DNA of 64,000 nt. It comes from Pseudonocardiaceae bacterium. GTDB taxonomy: Bacteria; Actinomycetota; Actinomycetes; Mycobacteriales; Pseudonocardiaceae. The DNA lies in the NCBI GenBank assembly GCA_036268615.1, contig DATATV010000051.1, positions 22,759 through 86,758 on the forward strand, read 5' to 3'. The notes under the pieces were generated by a model, which worked only from the letters and a program-made list of their open reading frames with translations, did no database searches and was not told the DNA's origin. The translations under genes and the position numbers were made by a program. Below are positions 55,932 to 63,832 of the stretch, piece after piece; position 1 is the first letter of the stretch; each line of letters starts with the position of its first letter.

Positions 55932-56279
55932 TCAGGCTCGGGCTCGGTTCGTTCGCGTCGGCGGGAGCGGGCGGCGGGGTTCGCGGACGCCTGCCTGTCC
56001 GTCGTCGCCGGACAGCCGGACGGTGACAGTTGAGGCTGCGGGGAGCCAGGCGCCGGGTTCCGGGTGCTGGTCCACGACTGTTCCCTCGTCGGTGGACGAC
56101 TCGCCAGTGGACGGCTCCTCGGTGGACGAGGAGATCACCAGTGCGGCGGGGACGGCCTTGCGGGCCTCGGCCAGGGACAGGCCGGTGAGATCGGGGACCA
56201 GGTTGAGGCCGGCCAGGTCGGCGGGTGGGCGGCTGTAGTTCAGTCTGCGCGCGAGCTTCGTCTTGCCGCTTCCCATCAT
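55932..56279 (-). CDS. small protein with a PASTA-like domain
   Basis: Strong RBS GGAGG before ATGATG. VPDLTGLSLAEARKAV...VVDQHPEPGAWLPAASTVTVRLS resembles one PASTA repeat. N-terminal MMGSGKT is an incomplete P-loop. Confidence 0.45.
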   Translation of the reverse strand: MMGSGKTKLARRLNYSRPPADLAGLNLVPDLTGLSLAEARKAVPAALVISSSTEEPSTGESSTDEGTVVDQHPEPGAWLPAASTVTVRLSGDDGQAGVREPRRPLPPTRTNRARA

Positions 56280-56327
56280 CGACCTCCGGGGTCAGCTGAA
56301 TACATCCACGTTTTCGACCCTACGCCA

Positions 56328-56366
56328 GAAGGCCCGGGCCGTTGGAGAACGGCGGCCCGGGCCTTC
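56328..56366 (-). terminator. hairpin downstream of the GlsB-like gene
   Basis: GAAGGCCCGGGCCG...CGGCCCGGGCCTTC, perfect 14-bp stem, 30 nt past the stop at 56396. Confidence 0.55.
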
Positions 56367-56395
56367 AGCGGATGGAAGTCGGAAGGGAAACGCTG

Positions 56396-56665
56396 CTAAC
56401 TGCGGACCGACCTGCGGCCCACCACCAGGCGGTAGATGCCCAGCACGACGATCGCGCCGACGATGGCCAGCAACCACGTGCGCAGGTTGAAGAAACCGCC
56501 CAGGTCCGTGTGGAAGATGTACTTGCCGATGATCCCGCCGACGAAGCCGCCGATGATGCCCAGCAGCATCGTCAGAATGAGCCCGCCGCCGTCTCTGCCC
56601 GGCATGATGGCCTTGGCGATCGCCCCAACGATCAACCCCAGAACGATCCAGCTGATGATGCCCAT
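56396..56665 (-). CDS. GlsB/YeaQ/YmgE-family stress-response membrane protein
   Basis: MGIISWIVLGLIVGAIAKAIMPG...GGLILTMLLGIIGGFVGG, a canonical family sequence. RBS AAGGGAG. Confidence 0.85.
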   Translation of the reverse strand: MGIISWIVLGLIVGAIAKAIMPGRDGGGLILTMLLGIIGGFVGGIIGKYIFHTDLGGFFNLRTWLLAIVGAIVVLGIYRLVVGRRSVRS

Positions 56666-56811
56666 CGGTGCTCCCTTCTCACTGTCCGCCGGCCCCCGCG
56701 CCAACGGCACGTGCGCCCCTACGGAGCAGTGTGACCCTCCTCTTGACGTCCCGCATCTTTACCGTCCCTTTACCTTCTCACCCGACCGGCGACAGAGCGG
56801 GAAGGGGCTGG

Positions 56812-57231
56812 TCAGGCCGCTCCGGACCAACCGGTCCAGCGGTCCACCCCGATCAGCACCACCGGGCCGGCCGGACGCGTGTCCTGGTACTGGGGGTACT
56901 TGGCCACGAGCCGGGCGAGGGGGCGTTCGGCCGCCTGCTCGTCGGTCAGAATGGTGGCCCGGCCGTCCGCTCGGACCCACCAGAGTTGGGTCCAGTCCTC
57001 GGCGTAGTGGTCGACCAGCAGCGATACCGTGGGGTTGGCCGCGATGTTGCGGAGGCGGCGTAGGTCGCGGGTGGTTTTGGGCTTGCCGTCGACGGCGAAG
57101 GCGACCGTCGCGCCCTCGACGGCGAACACGATGGGGACCAGGTGTGGCCGGCCATGTTCGTCCACTGTGGCCAGCCGGGCCGTGCGGGCGGCGGCGAACC
57201 GTTGTCTGGCCTCGGTTTCGTCGAGCTTCAT
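56812..57231 (-). CDS. PPOX-class (pyridoxamine 5'-phosphate oxidase-like) F420-dependent oxidoreductase
   Basis: ARLATVDEHGRPHLVPIVFAV...NPTVSLLVDHY.EDW..LWWVRADG pattern typical of the TIGR03668-type family. Confidence 0.7.
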   Translation of the reverse strand: MKLDETEARQRFAAARTARLATVDEHGRPHLVPIVFAVEGATVAFAVDGKPKTTRDLRRLRNIAANPTVSLLVDHYAEDWTQLWWVRADGRATILTDEQAAERPLARLVAKYPQYQDTRPAGPVVLIGVDRWTGWSGAA

Positions 57232-57238
57232 CCGGACC

Positions 57239-58051
57239 TCAGCTTCCGGGCTGGCAGGTCGGACACCAGTAGAGGTTGCGACCGGCGGTCACCGTGGTCG
57301 CCACCGGCGTACCGCACACCAGGCACGGCTGACCGGTCCGGCGATAGACGTAGACCTCACCGCCGTGCCGGTCCTCGCGCGGCGGGCGGCCCATCGCGGC
57401 GGGCAGGTGTTCCGGGCGGACCGTGTCGATCCTGCCGATGCGCATGCCCTCGCGCATCAGTTCGACCAGGTCGGCCCAGATGATCTTCCACTGGTCGTGG
57501 GTCAGGTCCCGACCTGCCTTCGCCGGGTTGATGCCGTGCCGGAACAGCACTTCTGCCCGGTAGACGTTGCCGACCCCGGAGATCAGCTGCTGGGTGAGCA
57601 GCAGGACCGAGATCGGCATCCGGGAACCGGAGATGCGGACCCACGACGCCTCCGGGTCGGCGTCCGCGCGCAGCGGGTCCGGGCCCAGCCGCGCGTGCAG
57701 CGCGCTGACCTGCTCGTCGACCATCAGCTCACACGTGTTCGGGCCGCGCAGGTCGGTCCAGTGCGTGCGGCCGACCATCCGCATCCGGACCTGACCCTCG
57801 GGCGCGGCCACCGGCAGCGGGTGCTCGGCGAACGTGCCGTACAGGCCGAGGTGGACGTGCACGGTCAGATCCGGGCCGTAGTTGTGTAAGAGGTGCTTGC
57901 CGTGCGCCTCGGCGGCCAGCAGTACCCGACCGTCGACGGTCGCGGCGTACGTCTCGAACCTGCCCTGCGGGCTGGACACGCGTACCGGCGCACCGGCGTA
58001 CCGGTCCTGGTGCAGCTGCGCCAACCGGTGCAGCGTGTGTCCCTCGGGCAT
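57239..58051 (-). CDS. nei: Fpg/Nei-family DNA glycosylase (endonuclease VIII-like)
   Basis: N-terminal MPEGHTLHR, H2TH region GVGNVYRAEVLFRHGI, C-terminal zinc finger CLVCGTP...YWCPTCQ. Confidence 0.9.
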   Translation of the reverse strand: MPEGHTLHRLAQLHQDRYAGAPVRVSSPQGRFETYAATVDGRVLLAAEAHGKHLLHNYGPDLTVHVHLGLYGTFAEHPLPVAAPEGQVRMRMVGRTHWTDLRGPNTCELMVDEQVSALHARLGPDPLRADADPEASWVRISGSRMPISVLLLTQQLISGVGNVYRAEVLFRHGINPAKAGRDLTHDQWKIIWADLVELMREGMRIGRIDTVRPEHLPAAMGRPPREDRHGGEVYVYRRTGQPCLVCGTPVATTVTAGRNLYWCPTCQPGS

Positions 58052-58053
58052 GG

Positions 58054-58527
58054 TCAGGCCCCGGGCAGAGCCGGGATCTTGCCGGTCCGTTCGTACTCGG
58101 CCAGCAGCTCGATGCGGCGCTTGTGCCGCTCCCCCTCGGAGAACGGGGTGGCCAGGAACGCCTCGGCGATCGTGGTGGCGTCCTCGGCGCTGTGCATCCG
58201 GGCACCGATGCCGACCACCTGGGCGTTGTTGTGTTCCCGGGCCAGGGTGGCCGTCTCCACGCTCCAGGCGAGCGCGGCCCGGCAGCCGGGCACCTTGTTC
58301 GCCGCGATCTGCTCGCCGTTGCCCGAACCGCCCAGCACGATGCCCAGGCTGCCCGGGTCGTCGACCGTGCGGCGGGCGGTCTCCAGGCAGAAGGGCGGGT
58401 AGTCGTCGTCGGCGTCGTAGCTGAACGCGCCGACGTCGACGACCTCGTGGCCCTGACCGCTCAGCTGGGCGATGAGGTGGGTCTTGAGTTCGAAGCCGGC
58501 ATGGTCGGAACCGATGTACACGCGCAC
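58054..58527 (-). CDS. rpiB: ribose-5-phosphate isomerase B
   Basis: MRVYIGSDHAGFELK...GIVLGGSGNGEQIAANKV.GCRAAL, canonical RpiB. Confidence 0.93.
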   Translation of the reverse strand: MRVYIGSDHAGFELKTHLIAQLSGQGHEVVDVGAFSYDADDDYPPFCLETARRTVDDPGSLGIVLGGSGNGEQIAANKVPGCRAALAWSVETATLAREHNNAQVVGIGARMHSAEDATTIAEAFLATPFSEGERHKRRIELLAEYERTGKIPALPGA

Positions 58528-58580
58528 ACGGTGAGTAAACCAGGTGGTGCGCCGGGTACGTCCTGGCAGACTCCTCGAAG

Positions 58581-59348
58581 GTGCCGAACGTGGACGCGAC
58601 CGGCGTGTTCGGCCAGCACGACAGCCGGGTCCGACTTGAGTGGGGCGCGCACGGGGTCGACGTGCTGGCCGGGTTCTGTGCGGTGGTGGTCGTGGTCGAC
58701 GTGCTGTCGTTCACCACATCGGTGGACATCGCGCTGGGCCGGGGCGCGCGCATCCAGCCGCTGCCCTGGCGGGACGAGCCGGCCGCGGCGGCGGCCAAGG
58801 CAGGCGGGGCGGTACTGGCCGGCGAGCAGAAGTGGACGTTGCGGCCGGCGTCCCTGCTCGACATTCCGGCCGGGACACTGCTCGCGGTGCCCTCCCCCAA
58901 CGGCGCGACGCTGTGTACCCGCGTGGCCGGGCGCGGCGCGGTGGTGTTGGCCGGCTGCCTGCGCAACGCGGCCGCCGTGGCCGGGCTCGCGGCCGATCTG
59001 GCCGACGGCGGGCCGATCGGGGTGCTGCCGGGCGGTGAGCGGTGGTGGGTGGACGGGTTTCCGTTGCGTCCCTGCGTGGAGGACCAGTTGGGCGCGGGGG
59101 CGATCGTGGCGGCGTTGGACGATCTGGGCGTGCGGCCGGCCTCGCCGGAGGCGGCATTGGCGGCGGCCGGGTATCGGGCCACCGCGGACGTGCCGGGGAC
59201 GATAGCGGCATGCGTGTCCGGGCGGGAGTTGATCGACATCGGGCACGGGGCCGGGGTCGGGCTGGCCACCGAGATCGGCGTCAGCTCGGTGACTCCGCGG
59301 CTGGTGGACGGCGTGCTGCTGGATGCGTCGGCCAGGCTGTCGGCATGA
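58581..59348 (+). CDS. 2-phosphosulfolactate phosphatase (ComB)-family protein
   Basis: VVVVDVLSFTTSV...SPNGATL...GERW pattern resembles the ComB family. GTG start. Confidence 0.6.
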   Translation: MPNVDATGVFGQHDSRVRLEWGAHGVDVLAGFCAVVVVVDVLSFTTSVDIALGRGARIQPLPWRDEPAAAAAKAGGAVLAGEQKWTLRPASLLDIPAGTLLAVPSPNGATLCTRVAGRGAVVLAGCLRNAAAVAGLAADLADGGPIGVLPGGERWWVDGFPLRPCVEDQLGAGAIVAALDDLGVRPASPEAALAAAGYRATADVPGTIAACVSGRELIDIGHGAGVGLATEIGVSSVTPRLVDGVLLDASARLSA

Positions 59349-60256
59349 GCGTCGACGTGTTGGACGGGCCGACCCGGGATTGGCTGCGGGAGCAGGTGGG
59401 TGCCGATGTCGTCCTGGTGCTGGCGCTGACCGGCGGGTTCACCAACGAAAACCTGCTGGTGCGGACCGATGGCGGCGAACAGTTCGTGTTGCGGCGGTTC
59501 CGGCGGGGCAACAGTTGCGCGGTGGAGGCCGCGCTGGCCCGGCGGCTGCGGTCGGTGGTGGCGGTGCCGGCGGTGGTCGCCGCCGAGCCGGACGCCTCGG
59601 TGGCCGGGCAGCCGTTGTTGCTCTCGGAGTTCGTGCCGGGGGAACTGCTGTCCGTGGTGCTCGCCCGGGGCGCGGGTGATCGTCAGCTCGGCGAGGTCGT
59701 GGGGGCGGCTCTCACGGCCATCGGCGGGGTGCGGTTCGACCGGCCGGGGTTGTTCACCGGGCCCGACCTGCGGCCGGATTCCGCCGACATGTCAACAGGT
59801 CTCACGACGTTCGTGGCGGACTGCCTGGCCCGGAGTGTGGTGCTCAGCGAGCGCGAGCGAGTGGGGCTGCTGGGCCTGGCCGAGCGGGCGGAGCCGGGGT
59901 TGGCGGCGGTCGGTGGGGCATCGTCGCTGGTGCACAGTGACTTCAATGCGAAGAACATCCTGGTTCGGCGGGACGGCGCGAGCTGGCGGGTCGCGGCGGT
60001 GTTGGACTGGGAGTTCGCGTTCAGCGGCCATCCGCTCGGCGACGTGGGCAACATGCTGCGGTTTCGGGCCGACCTGCCGGACGCGTTCGTCGACGGGTTC
60101 GTCGCGGGGCTGGGTGAACTGCCGCCGGACTGGGCCCGGCTGGCCGCCGACCTGGACCTGTTCGCGCTGGCCGACCTGCTGACCCGGCCGGCGGACCATC
60201 CGCTGATGGCCAAGGTGCTGGCCGTCGTGCGGCAGCGGATCGCCGGGACGGCATGA
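59345..60256 (+). CDS. aminoglycoside/choline-kinase-type phosphotransferase family protein
   Basis: ATGA overlap with the upstream gene. Brenner-type motif LVHSDFNAKNILV and DWEFAFSGHPLGDVG. Confidence 0.75.
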   Translation: MSVDVLDGPTRDWLREQVGADVVLVLALTGGFTNENLLVRTDGGEQFVLRRFRRGNSCAVEAALARRLRSVVAVPAVVAAEPDASVAGQPLLLSEFVPGELLSVVLARGAGDRQLGEVVGAALTAIGGVRFDRPGLFTGPDLRPDSADMSTGLTTFVADCLARSVVLSERERVGLLGLAERAEPGLAAVGGASSLVHSDFNAKNILVRRDGASWRVAAVLDWEFAFSGHPLGDVGNMLRFRADLPDAFVDGFVAGLGELPPDWARLAADLDLFALADLLTRPADHPLMAKVLAVVRQRIAGTA

Positions 60257-61068
60257 GCGGGGACCGCTGGGTCGAGGTCGCCGACCGGGTGTTGGTGCGC
60301 CGACACGAGGAGCTCGACCTCAATACCGGGCTGGTGCTCGGCGACGGCGGCTGCCTGGTGGTGGACACCCGGGGCGACGAGGTGCACGGGCGGGAGCTGG
60401 CCGCCGCGGTGCGCGCGGTGACCGCCGATCCATGCACGGTCGCGCTCACCCACTCGCATTTCGATCACTGTTTCGGCACCGCCGCTTTTCTGCCGGCCGA
60501 TGTGTGGGCGCATCCGGGTTGTCGGACCGAACTGGGCAAGGACGGTGTGCGGCAGCGGGCCGAGTGGGCGCGTCGCTATCGGGAACAGGGCCGGTTCGAC
60601 CGGTCGGACGCGGTGGCGGCGGTGCGGATCGTGTTGCCGGACAAGACAGTCGCCGAGTACACGCGGTTGCTGATCGGCGGACGGGACGTCGAGTTGCGCC
60701 ATCTGGGTGTGGGGCACACCGGGCACGATCTGCTGGTCAACGTGCCGGACGTGGGCGCCGTGTTCGCCGGGGACCTGGTCGAGAACGGGCCGGAGGGATC
60801 GTTCACCCCGGAGTCCTTCGGGCCGGACAGTCACGTCGAGCAGTGGCCGGCGACGCTCGGTCGGCTGGTTGGACTGCGGCCGGAAGTTGTTGTGCCGGGC
60901 CATGGAGACGTCGTGGACGCGGCGTTCGTGGCCCGGCAGCGGGACGAGTTGACGATCATCGCGGAATTGCGTCGCGGAGTACTGGACGGGCAGTGCGATT
61001 GGGAGGATGCTGTCCGTCGCTCCCCGGTTACCGAAGAGGTGTTGCGGGCCACACTCGGGGCTTCGTGA
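60253..61068 (+). CDS. MBL-fold metallo-hydrolase
   Basis: ATGA overlap with the upstream gene. THSHFDH zinc-binding motif and later GHTGHD. Confidence 0.8.
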   Translation: MSGDRWVEVADRVLVRRHEELDLNTGLVLGDGGCLVVDTRGDEVHGRELAAAVRAVTADPCTVALTHSHFDHCFGTAAFLPADVWAHPGCRTELGKDGVRQRAEWARRYREQGRFDRSDAVAAVRIVLPDKTVAEYTRLLIGGRDVELRHLGVGHTGHDLLVNVPDVGAVFAGDLVENGPEGSFTPESFGPDSHVEQWPATLGRLVGLRPEVVVPGHGDVVDAAFVARQRDELTIIAELRRGVLDGQCDWEDAVRRSPVTEEVLRATLGAS

Positions 61069-61252
61069 TGCACGCACCGCTGGAGGTTCGCCACCCTCCG
61101 CAGCGATATTACTCCAACCGGGTGATAGCAAAGCAGAATTTACAGACCAAACTGTTATCGAACAGGTGCAAAGACGCGACCTTTCGATACGGTAGTCCCG
61201 CTTCACCCGGGTTGGTCGGGCCCGGTTACCGAAACCGGAGAATGACGAAAAG

Positions 61253-61852
61253 ATGGTGCAGCTGTTCCTGCAGGCTGCCCCTGTCCACTCCCCGCATGAC
61301 GCGGGTGTGCGTCAGGTGGCCGCGCTGTCCGCCCGGCTCGCGTACGTGCTGATGTGTCTGACGCTCTGTTGGGGCGTCTTCGTCAGCACCGGTTGGGTCC
61401 ACAAGCTCAGCGGCCGGCAAGCGACTCGTAGCAGCCACATGGTGTTCGCCACCCTCGCGCTGGCATTCGGTGGACTGCACGCCGCGTCGTTCCTCTTCCT
61501 GACCGACCAGCACTTCAGCGCCCTGATGTTGACCGTGCCGATCGTCGACGGTGGCCAGCTTCGTTGGGCGGCAGGCATTATCGGCTTCGAGCTGATGGTC
61601 GCCATCGCGATCTCCACCGGGCTGCAACGGTTCTTCGCCTATCGGCGCTGGCTGTGGCTGCACCGGTTGGCCTACGTCGCCGTCGGCCTGTTGGTGATCC
61701 ACTCGCTGTTCGGCGCCATTGCCAACGGCCACCTGGAAATCCTGTGGCTGGGTGGACTGACCGTGCTGGTGCCGACGATCGTGCTGGGCGCGGTGCGGTT
61801 CGTGCCGCCGCGGCTGCTGACCGGCGCCGGACTGGTCGAGGAGGAGGCGTGA
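61253..61852 (+). CDS. ferric-reductase-like transmembrane (di-haem b type) domain protein
   Basis: Six hydrophobic helices with spaced His residues (SSHMVFATLALAFGGLHA, WLWLHRLAYVAVGLLVIHS), as in the MsrQ/FRD transmembrane component. Confidence 0.55.
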   Translation: MVQLFLQAAPVHSPHDAGVRQVAALSARLAYVLMCLTLCWGVFVSTGWVHKLSGRQATRSSHMVFATLALAFGGLHAASFLFLTDQHFSALMLTVPIVDGGQLRWAAGIIGFELMVAIAISTGLQRFFAYRRWLWLHRLAYVAVGLLVIHSLFGAIANGHLEILWLGGLTVLVPTIVLGAVRFVPPRLLTGAGLVEEEA

Positions 61853-62082
61853 GACTTCGTCCGCGCGGTGAGCCCGGCCTCCGGGTCAGCGTGAACAACC
61901 GGCGCTGCCACCGCTACGGGGTGTGCCAGATGGAAGCCGAGAACGTTTTCGCCCTCACTGAGGACGGGCGACTTCAGTTCGATCCACAACCACCGATCGA
62001 GGAGTACGAGCCGGCCAGGATGGCCGCTCGAATGTGTCCCATGCAGGCCATCGTCATTGAGGAGTCCCGTGAAAGCCGATGA
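61849..62082 (+). CDS. small ferredoxin (3Fe-4S/4Fe-4S single-cluster type)
   Basis: GTGA overlap with the upstream gene. CHRYGVCQ...CPMQAI cluster-binding pattern. Confidence 0.7.
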   Translation: MRLRPRGEPGLRVSVNNRRCHRYGVCQMEAENVFALTEDGRLQFDPQPPIEEYEPARMAARMCPMQAIVIEESRESR

Positions 62083-63670
62083 ACGGATCGTCGTGGTCGG
62101 CGGCGGCCTCGCCGCCCTCCGCGCCGCCGAACGGTTCCGCGAGCTCGGATTTGCCGGCGAACTGACCATCGTTGGAGCCGAGCGGTACCGCCCGTATCAC
62201 CGACCCGCGCTGTCCAAGCAGATCCTCTCCGGCGAGCTCCGGCTGCGGGACCTGGGTCTGGAGAGCTACGTGGAACTCGACGCCACCTGGCGGTTCGGCA
62301 CCCCCGCGCTGAGAGTCGACCCCGCCCGGCACGTGGTGGAACTGCCTGGCGCCGAAGAGCTTCGCTACGACGGCCTGGTCATCGCGACCGGCGTCGAGCC
62401 GCGGCACATGCCCGGCGCCCCCCGGCACGACCCCCGCGTGCACGTGCTGCGCACCCTGCGCGACGCCGTCGCCGTGCAGCGCAACCTGCGCGCCGGACAC
62501 GGCCCGGTCGTCGTCATCGGCGGCGGTTTCACCGCGTGCGAGCTCGCCTCCACCGTGCGCGACCTCGGTCGCGAGGTGACCATCGTGTCCCGCTCCAAGG
62601 TGCTCTGCGGCCGGGTGTTCGGCCGGGAACTGGGCGAGCGGATCGGTGACCTGCACCGCAAGCACGGCGTGAAGCTGGCGATGGGTGCCGAGGTCACGCA
62701 CTGGATGCCGCAGTCGTGGGGTCTGGGGCTGTATCTCAACACCGGTCAGCTGATCGTGGCCGACTGCGTGATCCTCGCGGTGGGCAGCGTGCCGACCGTG
62801 CAGTGGCTGCGCGGTTCCGGCCTGGTCACCGAGGACGGCGTGCTGTGCCGGCCGTCCTGCCACGTGCAGGGCGCGAGCGACATCGTCGCGGCCGGTGACG
62901 TGGCCCGCTGGCCCAACCTGCGGTTCGAGGCGGTGCCCCGCCGGGTCGAGCACTGGATCAACGCGGTGGAGATGGGCCGGGCGGCGGCGGAAAGCCTGCT
63001 CGCCGGGCCGACCGAGGCGAAACCGTTCACCCCGCTGCCCCGGTTCTGGACCGAGCAGCACGGTGTGCGGTTGCAGGCCGCCGGAATGCCGACGCTGGGC
63101 CAGGACACCATCCGACTGACCGGCAAAGAGGGCAAACGCGGTGTGATCGGGCAGGTCCGCGGCGGCCGGCTGATCGGCGTGGTCGGCTGGGACAGCCCGC
63201 GCAGCATCATCCGGTGGACCGCGGAACTGGAACGCGAACTGCGTCGTCCGTGGACTTCGTCGCAGCCGATCATCCCGGCCGATCTGGCCGACCCGGCGGA
63301 CGAGACGGTGTCGATCAGCCGGCGGGAACCGGAGCCCGAACCAGAGCCGGGCTTCGTCTTCGACGACCCGATCGACGCAGAGGCCGCCCAGCTCAGCGCG
63401 GAGGCCAACCTGCGACCCAACAACCGGTCCAACGGCACCAGCGGCTACTTCGAGGCGCTCAGCGAGCAACTCGCCGAGGCCGAACGCAACGGCGGGCCCG
63501 GAGTTCCGTTCGGCCCACCGCCCACCGCCCGGTCGGCCGAACCCACCGGCCGGTTCGCGCCGCCCACCGGGCGCGGCGGCGGGAGCGGCGGTTTCCGGCC
63601 GGCCCGGCAGCAGCAACTGAACGAATGGCAGGCCAGCAAGCTGGAGCGGGACGAGATCCGGCTGAACTGA
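62069..63670 (+). CDS. FAD-dependent ferredoxin reductase with about 130-aa disordered C-terminal extension
   Basis: GTG behind GGAG. VVVGGGLAALRAAE and VVVIGGGFTACELA dinucleotide folds, AAGDVA motif. The tail is rich in P/G/E/R (EPEPEPEP, GRGGGSGG). Confidence 0.8.
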   Translation: MKADERIVVVGGGLAALRAAERFRELGFAGELTIVGAERYRPYHRPALSKQILSGELRLRDLGLESYVELDATWRFGTPALRVDPARHVVELPGAEELRYDGLVIATGVEPRHMPGAPRHDPRVHVLRTLRDAVAVQRNLRAGHGPVVVIGGGFTACELASTVRDLGREVTIVSRSKVLCGRVFGRELGERIGDLHRKHGVKLAMGAEVTHWMPQSWGLGLYLNTGQLIVADCVILAVGSVPTVQWLRGSGLVTEDGVLCRPSCHVQGASDIVAAGDVARWPNLRFEAVPRRVEHWINAVEMGRAAAESLLAGPTEAKPFTPLPRFWTEQHGVRLQAAGMPTLGQDTIRLTGKEGKRGVIGQVRGGRLIGVVGWDSPRSIIRWTAELERELRRPWTSSQPIIPADLADPADETVSISRREPEPEPEPGFVFDDPIDAEAAQLSAEANLRPNNRSNGTSGYFEALSEQLAEAERNGGPGVPFGPPPTARSAEPTGRFAPPTGRGGGSGGFRPARQQQLNEWQASKLERDEIRLN

Positions 63671-63780
63671 CCCGACCGCACACTGCTGACCGGGACCGCC
63701 CTGTGCGGAAGGAGGACGGCCCCGGTCAGCGGGTGCACCTGCCTGAGGCGTCGACCCAACCCCCGGAAGGGTCGACCCGC

Positions 63781-63814
63781 GCGGTGCGGGGCGGCGCTTC
63801 CCGCCCCGCACCGC
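63781..63814. terminator. perfect 14-bp hairpin between convergent reductase gene and map
   Basis: GCGGTGCGGGGCGG-cgcttc-CCGCCCCGCACCGC. Confidence 0.65.
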
Positions 63815-63832
63815 GCTTGCGTGTCCGGTGGG

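Noticed and set aside
55932-56279. Walker A-like GSGKT at the extreme N-terminus of the PASTA-like protein, considered as evidence for an ATPase
   Set aside because: The motif lacks the first glycine and any preceding beta-strand (the protein starts MMGSGKT). No Walker B follows. It is more likely a truncation remnant or coincidence.
61069-61252. AT-richer spacer upstream of the ferric-reductase-like gene with an imperfect inverted repeat TGATAGCA...TGTTATCG, considered as a riboswitch/operator
   Set aside because: Only 6 of 8 arm positions pair, and I could not match any known riboswitch core. There is insufficient evidence to call it.
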